From assembly GCA_041940025.1 (NCBI GenBank), contig JBGTSY010000002.1, positions 129,396 through 193,395 of the forward strand: a stretch of 64,000 nt of DNA, written 5' to 3'. A program made the position numbers and the translations under genes. The first letter of the stretch is position 1. Each line of letters opens with the position of its first letter. The DNA comes from Thiotrichaceae bacterium (GTDB lineage Bacteria; Pseudomonadota; Gammaproteobacteria; UBA5859). Below the pieces are notes generated by a model. It saw nothing but the letters and a program-made list of their open reading frames with translations, was not told the origin of the DNA and ran no database searches. This document shows positions 39,485 through 49,858 of this stretch, one piece after another.

Positions 39485-40244
39485 TTTCCAAAAGGTTCAA
39501 AACCAATTTACCGCGCATATTCGCGATTCGCAAAAACATCCATGTCCGGCTGATGTGGCAGATCGGCGCATGAAGATCTACCGGGAGCTGTTTTTCAATA
39601 ATGTGGAAAGTTTGATGGCGGGTACTTTTCCGGTATTGAAAGCGGTGATGGCGGAGAATTGGTACCCTTTCATGCGAGACTTTTTTTCGTCCCACCAATG
39701 CAGTACCCCCTATTTTCCGCAAGTGCCTCAAGAGCTGTTGCGCTTTTTGGAAGCACCGGCTCAGCAGCAGAAATATGCCGCCTGGATCTGGGAGTTAGCC
39801 TATTATGAATGGATGGAGCTGGCATTGGCCATAGAGACACGCGAAGTCAATGATGAGCAGCTCTCCCCCAATGCCGATTGGCGGTCTCAAGCGCCGGTGG
39901 TATCCGATCTTGCCTGGCCGCACGCATTTAGTTATCCTGTGCACCAAATCTCCATAGATAATTTACCTAGCGAACCCTCCGCCGAACCTTACTACATAGT
40001 GGTTTATCGTAATCGCCAGTTGGAAGTACATTTTTTGCAGCTGAATGCGGTTTCCGCCCGGTTGTTGGCGTTGATGCAAGAAAATAACGACGCCAACCAG
40101 TTGAGATCCGGGTTATCGTTATTAGAGCAAGTTGCCACAGAACTCAATCATCCTGAGCCCCAAATAGTGATCCAGGCTGGGATTTCTCAGATGGATGATT
40201 TTCTACAACGCGGGATCCTATTAGGTGCCAGAACGATCGGCTGA
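39471..40244 (+). CDS. DUF2063 family partner protein (MbnC/HvfC-like) of the MNIO enzyme
   Basis: 257 aa; 14-nt overlap with DUF692 gene; N-terminal FQxxF…IRD and …YRELFFNN…L… pattern typical of DUF2063 'putative DNA-binding' proteins. Confidence 0.7.
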   Translation: MSLPDFQKVQNQFTAHIRDSQKHPCPADVADRRMKIYRELFFNNVESLMAGTFPVLKAVMAENWYPFMRDFFSSHQCSTPYFPQVPQELLRFLEAPAQQQKYAAWIWELAYYEWMELALAIETREVNDEQLSPNADWRSQAPVVSDLAWPHAFSYPVHQISIDNLPSEPSAEPYYIVVYRNRQLEVHFLQLNAVSARLLALMQENNDANQLRSGLSLLEQVATELNHPEPQIVIQAGISQMDDFLQRGILLGARTIG

Positions 40245-40500
40245 ATTGGATTCAGCTATTGGCAAATGGGCATCATGCCGTTATAGTGAACCGTTGAGAA
40301 CCCGCATTGATTTAATTCATGAAACTCCAAATAATACAATTCGCTGCTGTTAGTCGTTGTGACAACTCTGGTCGCAACTCCCTTCTATGGAAGTTTGGCT
40401 CTTCTCTACTCCTGCCCTAAGGGGCAAATTCACTGATTGATTAAAATAAATTAAGTTTCAATTCCGCTTCGACTCGGAGTTTGATTTAATAGTTGGAATA

Positions 40501-42075
40501 TTGGTAGGCAGATTGGTGATGCCTACAGGAGTAGCAAAAATGAGAGATAGAATCATAATTTTTGACACCACTTTGCGTGATGGGGAGCAAAGTCCTGGCG
40601 CCTCGATGACTCGGGATGAAAAATTACGTATTGCTCATGCCTTAGAACGAATGAATGTGGACGTGATAGAAGCCGGTTTTCCTGCGGCAAGTCGTGGAGA
40701 TTTTGAGTCAGTTCATGCGGTGGCTGAAGCAATAAAAAATAGTACCGTATGTGGTTTAGCTCGGGCCTTAGATAATGATGTGGACCGTGCCGGAGAAGCG
40801 GTTGCACCTGCTGAGAGAGCCCGAATCCACACTTTTATTGCCACCTCGCCTATTCATATGCAACAAAAACTTTGCATGAGTCCCGACGAGGTGGTCTCAC
40901 AGGCAGTGCATGCCGTGAAGCGTGCTCGAGATTTCACCGATGATGTGGAATTTTCTCCGGAAGATGCAGGGCGATCCGAACTTGATTTTTTATGTCGCAT
41001 CATAGAGGCGGCCATCGATGCCGGTGCCACCACCATTAATATTCCGGATACAGTGGGATACAACGTACCAGAACAGTTTGGCGCGACCATTCGGCACTTA
41101 ATTGAACACATTCCCAATTCAGACAAAGCTATTTTTTCCGTGCATTGTCATAACGACTTGGGTTTGGCTGTGGCCAATTCCCTATCAGCGGTGCGAAACG
41201 GTGCCCGCCAAGTGGAGTGCACCATCAATGGTTTAGGCGAACGGGCCGGAAACGCCGCTTTGGAAGAGATCGTGATGGCTTTAAAAACCCGTACAGACAG
41301 TTACCAATTGGAGGTGGGCATTGACAGTACCCAGATAGTGCCCTGCTCTAAGTTGGTCTCTAGTATCACCGGGTTTGCAGTACAACCCAACAAAGCTATT
41401 GTGGGCGCCAACGCATTTGCCCATGAGTCCGGTATCCATCAGGATGGCGTGCTTAAGAGCCGCGAAACCTATGAAATCATGTTGGCGCAAGATGTGGGTT
41501 GGGGCTCTAATCGCATGGTATTGGGCAAGCATTCCGGTCGCGCGGCTTTTCGCGCTCGATTGCAGGAATTAGGCGTGTCCTTTTCAAGTGATGAGGAATT
41601 CAATCTCGCTTTTAGCCGCTTCAAAGATCTTGCTGACAAAAAGCACGAAATTTTTGATGAGGATTTGCAGGCCTTGGTCTCTGAAGCCAGTGCAGACATT
41701 CAGGAAGATGTGGTCAAATTGGTCTACATGCAGGTCTGTTCCGAAACCGGAAAAATTCCGCAAGCGCATTTGATTCTCGATATTGGCGGCAAGGAAGAAA
41801 AAGGTCAAGCTGAAGGTGATGGACCTGTGGATGCTGCCTTCAAAGCGATAGAGGCAGTGATGCACAGTGGTGCCAAATTACAGCTCTATTCGGTGAACAA
41901 TATCACCAGTGGCACGGACTCGCAGGGAGAGGTCACAGTGAGATTAGAGAAAAATGGGCGGATTGTGAATGGGCTAGGGGCCGACGTAGACATAGTTGCG
42001 GCCTCGGCAAAAGCTTATATACATGCGTTGAATCGATTGGAAGTCGACTATGAGCGCATACATCCTCAAGTTTAA
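40501..42075 (+). CDS. leuA: 2-isopropylmalate synthase
   Basis: …[14 protein letters not shown]… HMGL-like domain and C-terminal LeuA dimerisation domain; true start probably ATG at 40540 ([17 protein letters not shown]). Confidence 0.9.
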   Translation: MVGRLVMPTGVAKMRDRIIIFDTTLRDGEQSPGASMTRDEKLRIAHALERMNVDVIEAGFPAASRGDFESVHAVAEAIKNSTVCGLARALDNDVDRAGEAVAPAERARIHTFIATSPIHMQQKLCMSPDEVVSQAVHAVKRARDFTDDVEFSPEDAGRSELDFLCRIIEAAIDAGATTINIPDTVGYNVPEQFGATIRHLIEHIPNSDKAIFSVHCHNDLGLAVANSLSAVRNGARQVECTINGLGERAGNAALEEIVMALKTRTDSYQLEVGIDSTQIVPCSKLVSSITGFAVQPNKAIVGANAFAHESGIHQDGVLKSRETYEIMLAQDVGWGSNRMVLGKHSGRAAFRARLQELGVSFSSDEEFNLAFSRFKDLADKKHEIFDEDLQALVSEASADIQEDVVKLVYMQVCSETGKIPQAHLILDIGGKEEKGQAEGDGPVDAAFKAIEAVMHSGAKLQLYSVNNITSGTDSQGEVTVRLEKNGRIVNGLGADVDIVAASAKAYIHALNRLEVDYERIHPQV

Positions 42076-42078
42076 TCG

Positions 42079-42840
42079 ATGACTGAAAGCCAATTTCGAT
42101 TGAGTCCGCGCCGTCGTCGCTATTTGCAGGCGATGGACATTGCTGTTTTACCAATAACCAGGACTCAAGCAAAAAAGCCCGCTGCACTATCAGGCTCGCC
42201 AGAAGTTGTGGCCGACGAAGTGTCAGTAGAGTCGGACAAGGCATCCGCAGCGTTAGCCGAGGTACCCGGGATTGCAGCAGTATCCGCTCTTGGTTGGGGT
42301 GAATTGCAGTCCCAGGTGTCCGTTTGTACTGCCTGTGATTTGCATAAAGGCCGAACTCAAACCGTATTTGGTGTGGGTAATCATCAGGCAAAATTGCTGG
42401 TGATTGGCGAGGCGCCGGGCGCAACTGAAGATCGTCTAGGTGAACCCTTTGTGGGGCGTGCGGGTAAGTTGCTTGACGCGATGCTGGCGGCAATAAATTT
42501 GCAACGAAATCAGGTGTTTATCGCCAATATTGTCAAATGTCGCCCCCCCAACAATCGAGATCCAAGTGCACAAGAGGCTGCCGCTTGTCGAGGGTATCTA
42601 GAACGCCAAATGGCGTTAATTGAACCCCAGGTTATTTTGGCTGTGGGTCGAATTGCGGCACATAATCTCTTGGAAACCGATCAAGCAATTGGTAAGTTAA
42701 GGTGTCGGGTGCACACAATTGGGAAGCAGCAAATACCCATGGTGGTGACATATCATCCTGCTTATCTACTGCGTAGCCCGAAAGAAAAAGCCAAAGCTTG
42801 GCAGGACTTAAAGCAGGTTTCCCAACTGATGAGGCAATAG
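42079..42840 (+). CDS. family 4 uracil-DNA glycosylase (phage SPO1 DNA-polymerase-related UDG) with ~75-aa N-terminal extension
   Basis: GEAPGATEDRLGEPFVGRAGKLLD, Cys ligands CTACDL…; C-terminal …HPAYLLR. Confidence 0.8.
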   Translation: MTESQFRLSPRRRRYLQAMDIAVLPITRTQAKKPAALSGSPEVVADEVSVESDKASAALAEVPGIAAVSALGWGELQSQVSVCTACDLHKGRTQTVFGVGNHQAKLLVIGEAPGATEDRLGEPFVGRAGKLLDAMLAAINLQRNQVFIANIVKCRPPNNRDPSAQEAAACRGYLERQMALIEPQVILAVGRIAAHNLLETDQAIGKLRCRVHTIGKQQIPMVVTYHPAYLLRSPKEKAKAWQDLKQVSQLMRQ

Positions 42841-43338
42841 ATGGTTGCAAGGCTCTGGGATGAGGATGTGGTGCAATTCCGCTCCATGGAGTTGACGGAT
42901 TTACCGGAAGTGATGCGAATCGAAAATCTTTCGCACCTTTTCCCCTGGTCTGAGCGAGTGATGCGAGATTGCCTACAGGCGGGATATACCTGTTCTGTGA
43001 TTGAACTCCACCAACTGGTGGTTGGTTTTAGTCTGCTCTCTTTTGCCGCCGATGAAGCGCATTTACTCAATATTTGTATTGATCCTATGTTCCAACGCCA
43101 GGGATTAGGGCGCCACTTAATGGAGCACGTGTTGCGCCAATCGAGAGAGAATAAGGTGAAAAGAATATTTCTTGAGGTGCGGATCTCCAATCAGGGTGCA
43201 TTGAATTTATATCAGTCGATGGGATTTCGTCAGATAGGTATTCGCCGAGGCTATTATCCCGCAGAAGAGGGCAAAGAAGATGCACTGGTTTTATCCAAGT
43301 CTTGGAGCAAACCGCTATTTAAACGCTGGCGCTATTAG
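42841..43338 (+). CDS. rimI: ribosomal-protein-alanine N-acetyltransferase (GNAT)
   Basis: 165 aa GNAT; acetyl-CoA motif QRQGLGRHLMEHVL; directly follows UDG as in many proteobacteria. Confidence 0.65.
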   Translation: MVARLWDEDVVQFRSMELTDLPEVMRIENLSHLFPWSERVMRDCLQAGYTCSVIELHQLVVGFSLLSFAADEAHLLNICIDPMFQRQGLGRHLMEHVLRQSRENKVKRIFLEVRISNQGALNLYQSMGFRQIGIRRGYYPAEEGKEDALVLSKSWSKPLFKRWRY

Positions 43339-43359
43339 CTAGCATGCCTCTATCTTTTG

Positions 43360-44514
43360 CTAAAACACGACATTGATAGCCGCATTCACGCCGATTACTT
43401 CGTCGTCAAGTACGACAGTATTTCCCAAACTGGGGTGAAATGTATCGTAAGAGCCCGTGGTTAAAGGTCCGTCGTCCAACTCGCTCTGGACCACTTCAAT
43501 TTTAAAAGCACTACTTGGGTTCAGATCATATCGAACCCCTAGAATAATACTTTTTTGTGAGCGATCTACCGCTGCTATCTCGTCGGCATCACTATATGAA
43601 TAGGTGAAGTGGGGCAGAAATTGGCCCAATTGGTAACCAATATTAATAAAGGCGGATTCAGCTTTAGATAGAAAAACCGAATCTACAATTTCGAAGTATG
43701 AGAGCTCCGCCAACAGACGTATCGGTCCGTTACTGTAACTGAGGGATAAGTTTTCCACTTCAATCTTTTCTGAAGGGGGAGCATTAAGCAAATCAATCCC
43801 CAATTGAGTTAAGGTCGTCAGGGCGGTCGCATTAGACAAGGTATCCCTTAAGCCGGTGCTATCGGCCAGTGCTAAATCCTCTCCTCGGTGGATAGCTCCT
43901 CGGATAGTAAGATGGTCAGATCGCCATCCTAGAATCAAGCTGTAGAGTTTTATATCCTCTATATCTATTGATTGGCCAAATAGTTGCAGGGACAGTCCAC
44001 TGCCTTCTGCTAACAATAGTTGAGGTTCTAATTCCCCTCCCAATAGTTGTGTCCGATATTTAATCCTTAATCCATCAGCGGAGGTGAAGGGGATAAAAAA
44101 TACTTCGCTGGGGGGGCGGGCCCAGGGATAGGTCAGCCCAACATGAATCGATTCGGAAAGCAGAGTAAGAGGCACTCGAACCTTACCCATTTGCAACTCT
44201 AAGTTGTCCCATGGGGTATATTTAAAAAAGGCCCATTCGGCGCTCGCCTCCCAACCATCTATCCCTTCTGCAAGAATTTGAACGATAAATTGCATACTTG
44301 GGTCGGTGGGGATAAAAATAGTTTGCACGCCAATTAATGAGGATTGGCTAAAGTTCATTTCATCTTTCACGCCCGCGAAGGGAACTTCACTGTCGACCTG
44401 ACTAAATGCGGCAGTTATAAATCCGTTTGCGATTAAATTTCTCTCGGCCAAGGCGGTTTGATGAAAGGCCACGATTACAATTAAGATGGGTAAATTTCGG
44501 TACAGTCGGTCCAT
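43360..44514 (-). CDS. putative outer-membrane beta-barrel protein
   Basis: signal peptide (…AFHQTALA|ERN), alternating amphipathic strands, C-terminal …NAAINVVF (terminal Phe). Confidence 0.4.
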   Translation of the reverse strand: MDRLYRNLPILIVIVAFHQTALAERNLIANGFITAAFSQVDSEVPFAGVKDEMNFSQSSLIGVQTIFIPTDPSMQFIVQILAEGIDGWEASAEWAFFKYTPWDNLELQMGKVRVPLTLLSESIHVGLTYPWARPPSEVFFIPFTSADGLRIKYRTQLLGGELEPQLLLAEGSGLSLQLFGQSIDIEDIKLYSLILGWRSDHLTIRGAIHRGEDLALADSTGLRDTLSNATALTTLTQLGIDLLNAPPSEKIEVENLSLSYSNGPIRLLAELSYFEIVDSVFLSKAESAFINIGYQLGQFLPHFTYSYSDADEIAAVDRSQKSIILGVRYDLNPSSAFKIEVVQSELDDGPLTTGSYDTFHPSLGNTVVLDDEVIGVNAAINVVF

Positions 44515-44761
44515 CGACTTTCCTTTCGGTCTCTGTAACTTGTTTTAAATGCTACAGATAGTGGCGGGGTAGAAATATCATTAAGTGTGAACGATAGCAC
44601 TATCATTTATCAACAAGAACTTTAAGTGTATATCTGTTTAAATTAACCGCTGATTTGTTTTTATGATTAGCTGAATATGTATTAAAAATATTTATAGACG
44701 AACTAAATACAATCGGAATACAGAATTAAATCGAAATCATCTTGATGGCAATCGCCTGGTT

Positions 44762-45340
44762 TTACATACCAGGCATGCCTAAATCTAGGTTTGATTGCAG
44801 ATTCATTACAAAACCCATATCGCCATCTAGTTGAACCTCACCTGCCATAAATGCTTGCATCATTTTTGGTTGTGCGTCATCACCGCCGCCGCTTAGTTCT
44901 TGCATCAGGTGAATCGGCATCGTGATGGTGGTGGTGGGAGAGTCGTAGTCTAATCCACAAAAACCGATAGCGAGCGTTTCTTCACTGTCGTCTTCGGTTT
45001 TGATCACTAATTTTAGTGTGCCATTAATGGATTCACGAATGGTGTCCGCTTTTTGGATCATTTCGTTTATCTGTGTCATTTGATCCATCATGCCGTTACC
45101 ACTTGACTCTTCATTCATGAGGATAGGCAGTGCGTTTTCGCTAAACAGTATGGTGACTAATGCATTGTCGGTAGAACCTTCCTCCACCTCTGGTTTGCCC
45201 TCTTTTAGACGAATGACCCAACTCGCATCATCCTTAATGCCCAGTAAGATTGTTTCATCAGAGTCTGGGAGATTTTGTCCTGCAAATTCTTCCATGCGTT
45301 CATTAATGAGTTTTTCGATGAGTTCTCTGGATGAGGACAT
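44762..45340 (-). CDS. acidic SCP2-like (sterol-carrier/lipid-binding fold) domain protein
   Basis: 192 aa, C-terminal G…VQLDGDMGFVMNLQ pattern resembling SCP2 domains (UbiJ/UbiT-like); weak. Confidence 0.35.
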   Translation of the reverse strand: MSSSRELIEKLINERMEEFAGQNLPDSDETILLGIKDDASWVIRLKEGKPEVEEGSTDNALVTILFSENALPILMNEESSGNGMMDQMTQINEMIQKADTIRESINGTLKLVIKTEDDSEETLAIGFCGLDYDSPTTTITMPIHLMQELSGGGDDAQPKMMQAFMAGEVQLDGDMGFVMNLQSNLDLGMPGM

Positions 45341-45774
45341 GCTCTAGTCTCCTAAAGTAAAAGTTTTATAAAACACAGTATTAATGTCGGTTAGTTACGA
45401 TGAGGCTAGCAAGTTTATCGAACAGAGGTAAATAAGTGCAACTCTATTCCGAATGATTCTTGCGTTAACAGTTCGTTTAGTCAGGATGCGCAAAGGAGAG
45501 GATCGAGACGTTTTCCCGATGTTTACCCGTTCAACTAACAGATAAACTTTAAAATTAATTTTAATCAGTTTTTTCAGAATAGGATTGCCATTTAATGGTG
45601 TTGTCAAATGGCATCTTGGGGCAATGTGACTCTCGAATCGAAGTCTATTTGTACTCAACTATGATATGGATCCATTCAACTGAAGAGACACGGATGTTCA
45701 TTCATAGATCTCAGACAATAGAAAAGGTAACGCGCTGGTTGATTTCGGTTATATTCCAAGAAACGGAAATCATG

Positions 45775-47004
45775 TCATTTTCCGTAATGGGATTTCACGT
45801 ACTCTAGAATTATTTGTTGAAATTCTGCGGCTATGTGATCGCCTTTTAAGGTGACGCTTTTTTCTCCATCAATGTAGACAGGGGCCACCGGCCGCTCTCC
45901 TGTTCCTGGCAGACTGATGCCAATATTGGCATGTTTACTTTCTCCGGGACCGTTCACCACGCAACCCATGACCGCGACGTTCATCTCTTCCACACCTGAA
46001 TACTGTTGTCGCCATTGGGGCATCTGATGTCGTAAATAGGACTGGATCTGCGACGCCAAAGATTGAAAATAAGTACTGGTGGTGCGTCCACACCCAGGGC
46101 ATGCAATGACCATTGGAGTAAAAGAACGCAGTCCCATCGATTGCAATATTTCTTGGGCAACGATCACCTCTTGGGTGCGATCTCCACCTGGCTCTGGAGT
46201 GAGTGAAATTCTGATAGTGTCGCCGATGCCTTGTTGTAGCAGTACAGCTAATGCAGCAGTAGATGCCACAATTCCTTTTGAACCCATACCTGCTTCTGTC
46301 AAGCCTAGGTGTAACGCATAATCACACTGTGAGGCTAAATCACGGTAAATAGAGATCAGATCCTGCACCCCGCTCATTTTGCAGGAGATAATAATCTGAT
46401 CCTTTTTTAACCCCAGATCTAAAGCGCGTTCAGCACTCTTAAGTGCGGATTCTATAATGGCTTCATGCATCACCTCCGTGGATTCTTTTGGGTTGTCCAC
46501 TTGAGCATTTATATCCATCATATGCGCCAATAAATCCTGATCGAGGCTGCCCCAATTGACACCAATGCGAACAGGTTTCTCGTATCGACAAGCCATCTCT
46601 ATCATCGACGCATATTGGAGATCTCTTTTTTTACCTTTACCCACATTCCCTGGATTGATTCTATATTTGCTTAGTGCTTCAGCACATTCGGGATACTGTG
46701 TTAATAGTTTGTGACCATTAAAGTGGAAATCGCCCACTAAGGGCACGTCGCAATCTAGTGCTAACAGACGCTCTTTGATGGGGGCGACTTGCGCAGCGGC
46801 TGCTTCAGAGTTAACCGTAATGCGAACTAACTCAGATCCTGCTTTGGCCAGTTCAATAATTTGTTGAACAGTGTTAACTGCATCCGCCGTATCCGTATTG
46901 GTCATCGACTGCACGACAATGGGGGCATCGCCCCCCACGATAACATGACCGATGGCCACCGGAATGGATGTTCTACGTGTGAGGCAAGGTTCGGATTGAG
47001 ACAA
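45775..47004 (-). CDS. ispG: 4-hydroxy-3-methylbut-2-en-1-yl diphosphate synthase
   Basis: …[24 protein letters not shown]… and C-terminal CPGCGRT Fe-S motif. Confidence 0.9.
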   Translation of the reverse strand: MSQSEPCLTRRTSIPVAIGHVIVGGDAPIVVQSMTNTDTADAVNTVQQIIELAKAGSELVRITVNSEAAAAQVAPIKERLLALDCDVPLVGDFHFNGHKLLTQYPECAEALSKYRINPGNVGKGKKRDLQYASMIEMACRYEKPVRIGVNWGSLDQDLLAHMMDINAQVDNPKESTEVMHEAIIESALKSAERALDLGLKKDQIIISCKMSGVQDLISIYRDLASQCDYALHLGLTEAGMGSKGIVASTAALAVLLQQGIGDTIRISLTPEPGGDRTQEVIVAQEILQSMGLRSFTPMVIACPGCGRTTSTYFQSLASQIQSYLRHQMPQWRQQYSGVEEMNVAVMGCVVNGPGESKHANIGISLPGTGERPVAPVYIDGEKSVTLKGDHIAAEFQQIILEYVKSHYGK

Positions 47005-47052
47005 AACTGGATACCTAAATTTTTAGGGCAACACCGCTATTGTAGCATTGCT

Positions 47053-48822
47053 TTAGAATGGCCAGATCATTGGTGCTAAAACGAGGGTGACTACTGCTAC
47101 CACTATAGTGAGTGGGATACCCGCGCGTAGGAAATCTGCAAAATGATAACCGCCGGGTCCAGCCACCATTAAATTGGTTTGATATCCGATGGGACTAGCG
47201 AAGCTGGCGGAGGCGGCCATCATCAAGGTCATGGCAAAGGGCATAAAACTGACTTCTAGTTGTTGACTGGCCGCAAGGGCGATTGGGAACATAATGACTG
47301 CTGCTGCATTGTTACTGACCATGGAAGTGAGTAATGCGGTTACGGCAAAGATTATTCCCAGAGCCCAGAGCGGATGGCCCGCACTAAAGATACCCACACC
47401 TGAACCAATCAGCTGTGCCAATCCGCTGCTTTGCATGGCCTCACCAAGAGCAAATGCAGCGCCAATAGTGATCAAGATCCGCCAGTCTAAACTATTTCTT
47501 GCGTTTTCACCGGTGGTGCAGCGGCTGATCAACATGGCACCGGCGGCCAGGATGGCAGCATTTAACACCGTAGTTACCTGAAATGCGATGAAGGCAATCA
47601 TCAGTCCCAGTATGACTCTGGCAATCCAGCGTTTCTCATGTTGCGGAGGCGTCGAGTCATCTAGTTTGCTGATGAGAAAAAAATCTGAAGAGTTACGGTA
47701 TTGGTTTAAAAAGCGTGGAGAGGTTTCGAGCAAAAGTGTATCACCTGCAAGTAGTTCAATTTCACCAATTTTCTGTTTCAGTCGTTCACCATTGCGGGCG
47801 ACGGCGATTATGGCTGCATTGTAGTGGGTGCGAAATCCTCCTTCTTTAATGCTTTTTCCCACTACAGGACAACTAGGTGACACCACGGCTTCTAGCAAGC
47901 AGCGCTCTTGCAGGGAGGAATCCAACTTAAATACTTGATTAGTGGCAGGTACCAGACCGCGGATCCTTCTCAGCTCTAACATGCTGTCCACTACTCCGGT
48001 AAAAATCAATTGATCCTCGGATTGCAGGACCTCATCCGGTGAAACCGCAGCAATGGCGCGTCCCTGTCGATTGATCTCCACCAAGTAGGAGCCCGGTAGA
48101 TTTCTCAAGCCAGCTTGCTCGATACTGCGACCGATGAGTGGACTATCTTCGGAGATCTGCATTTCTATGACATATTCTCTAGGCTGGGAGAATTGATAGG
48201 TCTGGATATTTCGATTGGGCAATAACCATTTTTGACCAAAGGTAATGGTGAGCACGACAGCAGCCGCAGTAGGGACACCCAGCCAGGCGATATCGAACAG
48301 CCCGACCTCGGGAAGTTCTGAGTGATTCAAAATTAAGCCGTGCACAATCAGGTTAGTGCTCGTGCCGATGAGTGAACAGGTGCCGCCTACAATGGCAGCG
48401 AAGCTAAGGGGCATCATCAATTTAGAGACCGGGATCTGCAGCTTTTTCGCCCAATCGTTCACCATCGGGATCAACACCGCTACCACTGGTGTGTTATTCA
48501 TAAATGCACTAATGGCCGCTACCGGGGGCATCAATCGAATTAAACTGGCTGTAATGCCCTTTGGACGTCCAAACAGCAATGGCACCAGATCGGTCAGGCT
48601 ACCGGTGTCTTTCAGTCCAGCGACCACCACAAACAACACCGCAATGGTAACCACTCCGGGATTAGAAAACCCGTTAAATGCCTGGCCAGGCTCGATGACG
48701 CCGCTTAACAACAGAAATGACAAACCACCCATGAGCACCAGATCTGGCGAGTAGCGAGTCAAAGTGAGCACGCTGAAGCAGGTGAGAATTGTGGCTAACG
48801 TGATAGCAGCGGCTGGAGTCAT
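47053..48822 (-). CDS. SLC13/DASS-family anion permease with two central TrkA-C regulatory domains
   Basis: 589 aa; N- and C-terminal permease halves flanking two TrkA_C-like segments (…GRSIEQAGLRNLPGSYLVEINR…, …GKSIKEGGFRTHYNAAIIAVARNG…). Confidence 0.7.
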   Translation of the reverse strand: MTPAAAITLATILTCFSVLTLTRYSPDLVLMGGLSFLLLSGVIEPGQAFNGFSNPGVVTIAVLFVVVAGLKDTGSLTDLVPLLFGRPKGITASLIRLMPPVAAISAFMNNTPVVAVLIPMVNDWAKKLQIPVSKLMMPLSFAAIVGGTCSLIGTSTNLIVHGLILNHSELPEVGLFDIAWLGVPTAAAVVLTITFGQKWLLPNRNIQTYQFSQPREYVIEMQISEDSPLIGRSIEQAGLRNLPGSYLVEINRQGRAIAAVSPDEVLQSEDQLIFTGVVDSMLELRRIRGLVPATNQVFKLDSSLQERCLLEAVVSPSCPVVGKSIKEGGFRTHYNAAIIAVARNGERLKQKIGEIELLAGDTLLLETSPRFLNQYRNSSDFFLISKLDDSTPPQHEKRWIARVILGLMIAFIAFQVTTVLNAAILAAGAMLISRCTTGENARNSLDWRILITIGAAFALGEAMQSSGLAQLIGSGVGIFSAGHPLWALGIIFAVTALLTSMVSNNAAAVIMFPIALAASQQLEVSFMPFAMTLMMAASASFASPIGYQTNLMVAGPGGYHFADFLRAGIPLTIVVAVVTLVLAPMIWPF

Positions 48823-49158
48823 GTATCAACTAATTCTGTCATCGTAGCGGTCCGGTTTATCCGCTGAACTCAAAGGCTTGTATGGCTGTCAAAGGAGCAG
48901 AGATATTAAAGTGGCTGGAAGAATATATCCAGTATTACTCGTCTTCCAGTGAGACTGCTTCTCTGCGAAAAAACTATTGGATCCTATGGCCCGAAGCCTT
49001 TGAGTGTTCTCTATTTTAACGTTAAAGACCGGTGCCAACGGGCCGCTTATCAATAGAGGCGAATCACTTCCGGAAATTTGCTTTGTACAGCTATCCGGAG
49101 ACTAAGAAAGGTGTTCTAACGTGGTTGCTAGGCGTGTACTGAGTTCAAGGCAAACTGA

Positions 49159-49560
49159 ATGGACTTAAAAATCTTATTAGTGGCAGGAGATCTTGGTGTG
49201 GCGCACTACCTAGAGTCTGTGATGCGGCAGTTTGGAGAGGTAGAAATCTATACGGATTCATCAGATGCATTGGAGGAGTTCGAACAGGCGCTCGCGAAGG
49301 CTGAGCCCTATGATTTAGTCGCCGTTGATCTATTTATGCCGACATTAGACGGTGCTGCTTGCGTTGAAAAAATGCGTGATATTGAGAATCGACGCAAAGT
49401 TCCTGAGGTCTACGCCGCTCGAATTCTGATGATTAGTGTGTTGCATGATGGACTGGATGGATTGGACGCTGAGGTGGAAGGGTGCAACGGCTATCTATTT
49501 AGGCCATTTGCACCAGCTGACTTGGTCTCGCAAATACGTAATGTTGTGGTGTTAGACTAG
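49159..49560 (+). CDS. stand-alone response-regulator receiver domain protein (CheY-like)
   Basis: 133 aa; phospho-acceptor context LVAVDLFMPTLDG; no output domain. Confidence 0.5.
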   Translation: MDLKILLVAGDLGVAHYLESVMRQFGEVEIYTDSSDALEEFEQALAKAEPYDLVAVDLFMPTLDGAACVEKMRDIENRRKVPEVYAARILMISVLHDGLDGLDAEVEGCNGYLFRPFAPADLVSQIRNVVVLD

Positions 49561-49858
49561 CAAAAGTTAAATCTCGGTCGAGGTTATCAATCTGTGTACA
49601 CCTCTTCTCACTAATTGATAATTCTCTGTATGCATCCTCGGCATTGTGCATCATGAATTCAACCTACCTTATCGCTGTGATTTTTCACCATTAAATTATC
49701 CAGTCATCTCCCCTGAACATGCTTCCAAGTTCGCATTTTATCATCGCAGATCGAATCATCATTGGTTAAATCCATAGACTGATGCAGGTTGAGTTCAATC
49801 AGAATGTTGTGATTTGCCGCGAGATAGTATGTGCAAGTTGAAAGTCATTGTTATTATT

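Noticed and set aside
40245-40500. leu leader peptide / attenuator upstream of leuA
   Set aside because: No Leu-codon-rich short ORF or terminator hairpin with U-run was seen; only a weak 5-bp hairpin (tgccc-taag-gggca).
45395-45807. Two small ORFs (87 aa, 70 aa) in the 434-nt spacer before ispG
   Set aside because: They have no RBS or family similarity and skewed basic composition typical of AT-rich non-coding DNA. The region is more likely promoter or UTR, though an sRNA cannot be excluded.
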